Notes under the pieces: generated by a model
Databases searched by the model: none
What the model saw: only the letters and a program-made list of their open reading frames with translations
What the model was told of the DNA's origin: nothing
Source: the human T2T-CHM13v2.0 reference genome, Homo sapiens
Assembly (NCBI RefSeq): GCF_009914755.1
Contig: NC_060939.1
DNA: 64,000 nt
Reading direction: 5' to 3' (one strand)
Shown here: positions 63,565 to 64,000 of the stretch, piece after piece
Position numbering within the stretch: the stretch's first letter is position 1
How the letters are laid out: the number at the start of each line of letters is the position of its first letter
Program-made: the position numbers and the translations under genes

Positions 63565-64000
63565 TTACTCCCAGACTTGTATCTGCCCAAGTGCCAGTGT
63601 CTGGAGGGCCTGAGCTTCAAGACAGGGATTCAAAGAGAGGTGACATCACAAGAGAAACAACCGTCATGTATGGGGACTCTGCTTACTTCACACACCCTAA
63701 ACCCTATGAGCTGTCTTTCATTAACCCCCCTGGCTCAGATCATTTCAGTTATTTGTTCAAAATCTCTCCAAATTATTAGTGGGAGACTCCCTACAACTCA
63801 TCTGCAACTCACACAGGTTGTTTTATTCCAAAGGGCTTGGTCTGTAAGGGTCCTGTACATGTGGCTCTACCTCTAGGGGGTGTTCGGTGGATCCCGAACC
63901 TCAAGACCCAGAAGCATGGCTGACATTGAGATGTGACGTGGGCTCTGATTGAGTCACGCATGGTGAATTCCTAGTGGGGAACCACTGGCTGTCCAGGGTC

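Overview
Human-type genomic DNA that I recognise from its translation as the BUB1B-PAK6 locus (chr15q15). 1-22 kb, + strand: the last 14 coding exons of BUB1B/BubR1 (exons 10-23, about aa 430-1050, from the coiled-coil region through the ABBA motif, D-box and KARD to the pseudokinase domain). All introns are GT-AG, the phases are consistent, and a 3'UTR ends at an AATAAA near 21988. 22-39.8 kb: repeat-rich intergenic DNA (Alu, L1, L2, MIR, Tigger3a, MER1B) that shifts from AT-rich to GC-rich. 39.9-64 kb: two CpG-island promoters and the non-coding 5'UTR exons of PAK6 (+ strand; the PAK6 CDS lies beyond the window), plus the antisense C15orf56/PAK6-AS1 transcript with a spliced 161-codon ORF. 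Most ORFs in the supplied track are Alu- or GC-driven artefacts. No new protein-coding system was found. The most unusual items are: an exact 20-nt copy of the exon 21 splice acceptor 1 kb upstream, a 45-bp fold-back hairpin inside an AluJ, inverted Alus tightly flanking the KARD exon, three Alus stacked in one target site, a tailless AluY, a very young AluYa-type insertion, a 124-bp near-perfect tandem duplication, a template-switch scar next to an isolated Alu head, and a BUB1B reading frame that stays open through both PAK6 UTR exons. Exon numbers and residue numbers are back-calculated from the recalled 1050-aa BubR1 length. Repeat subfamilies and boundaries were judged by eye.
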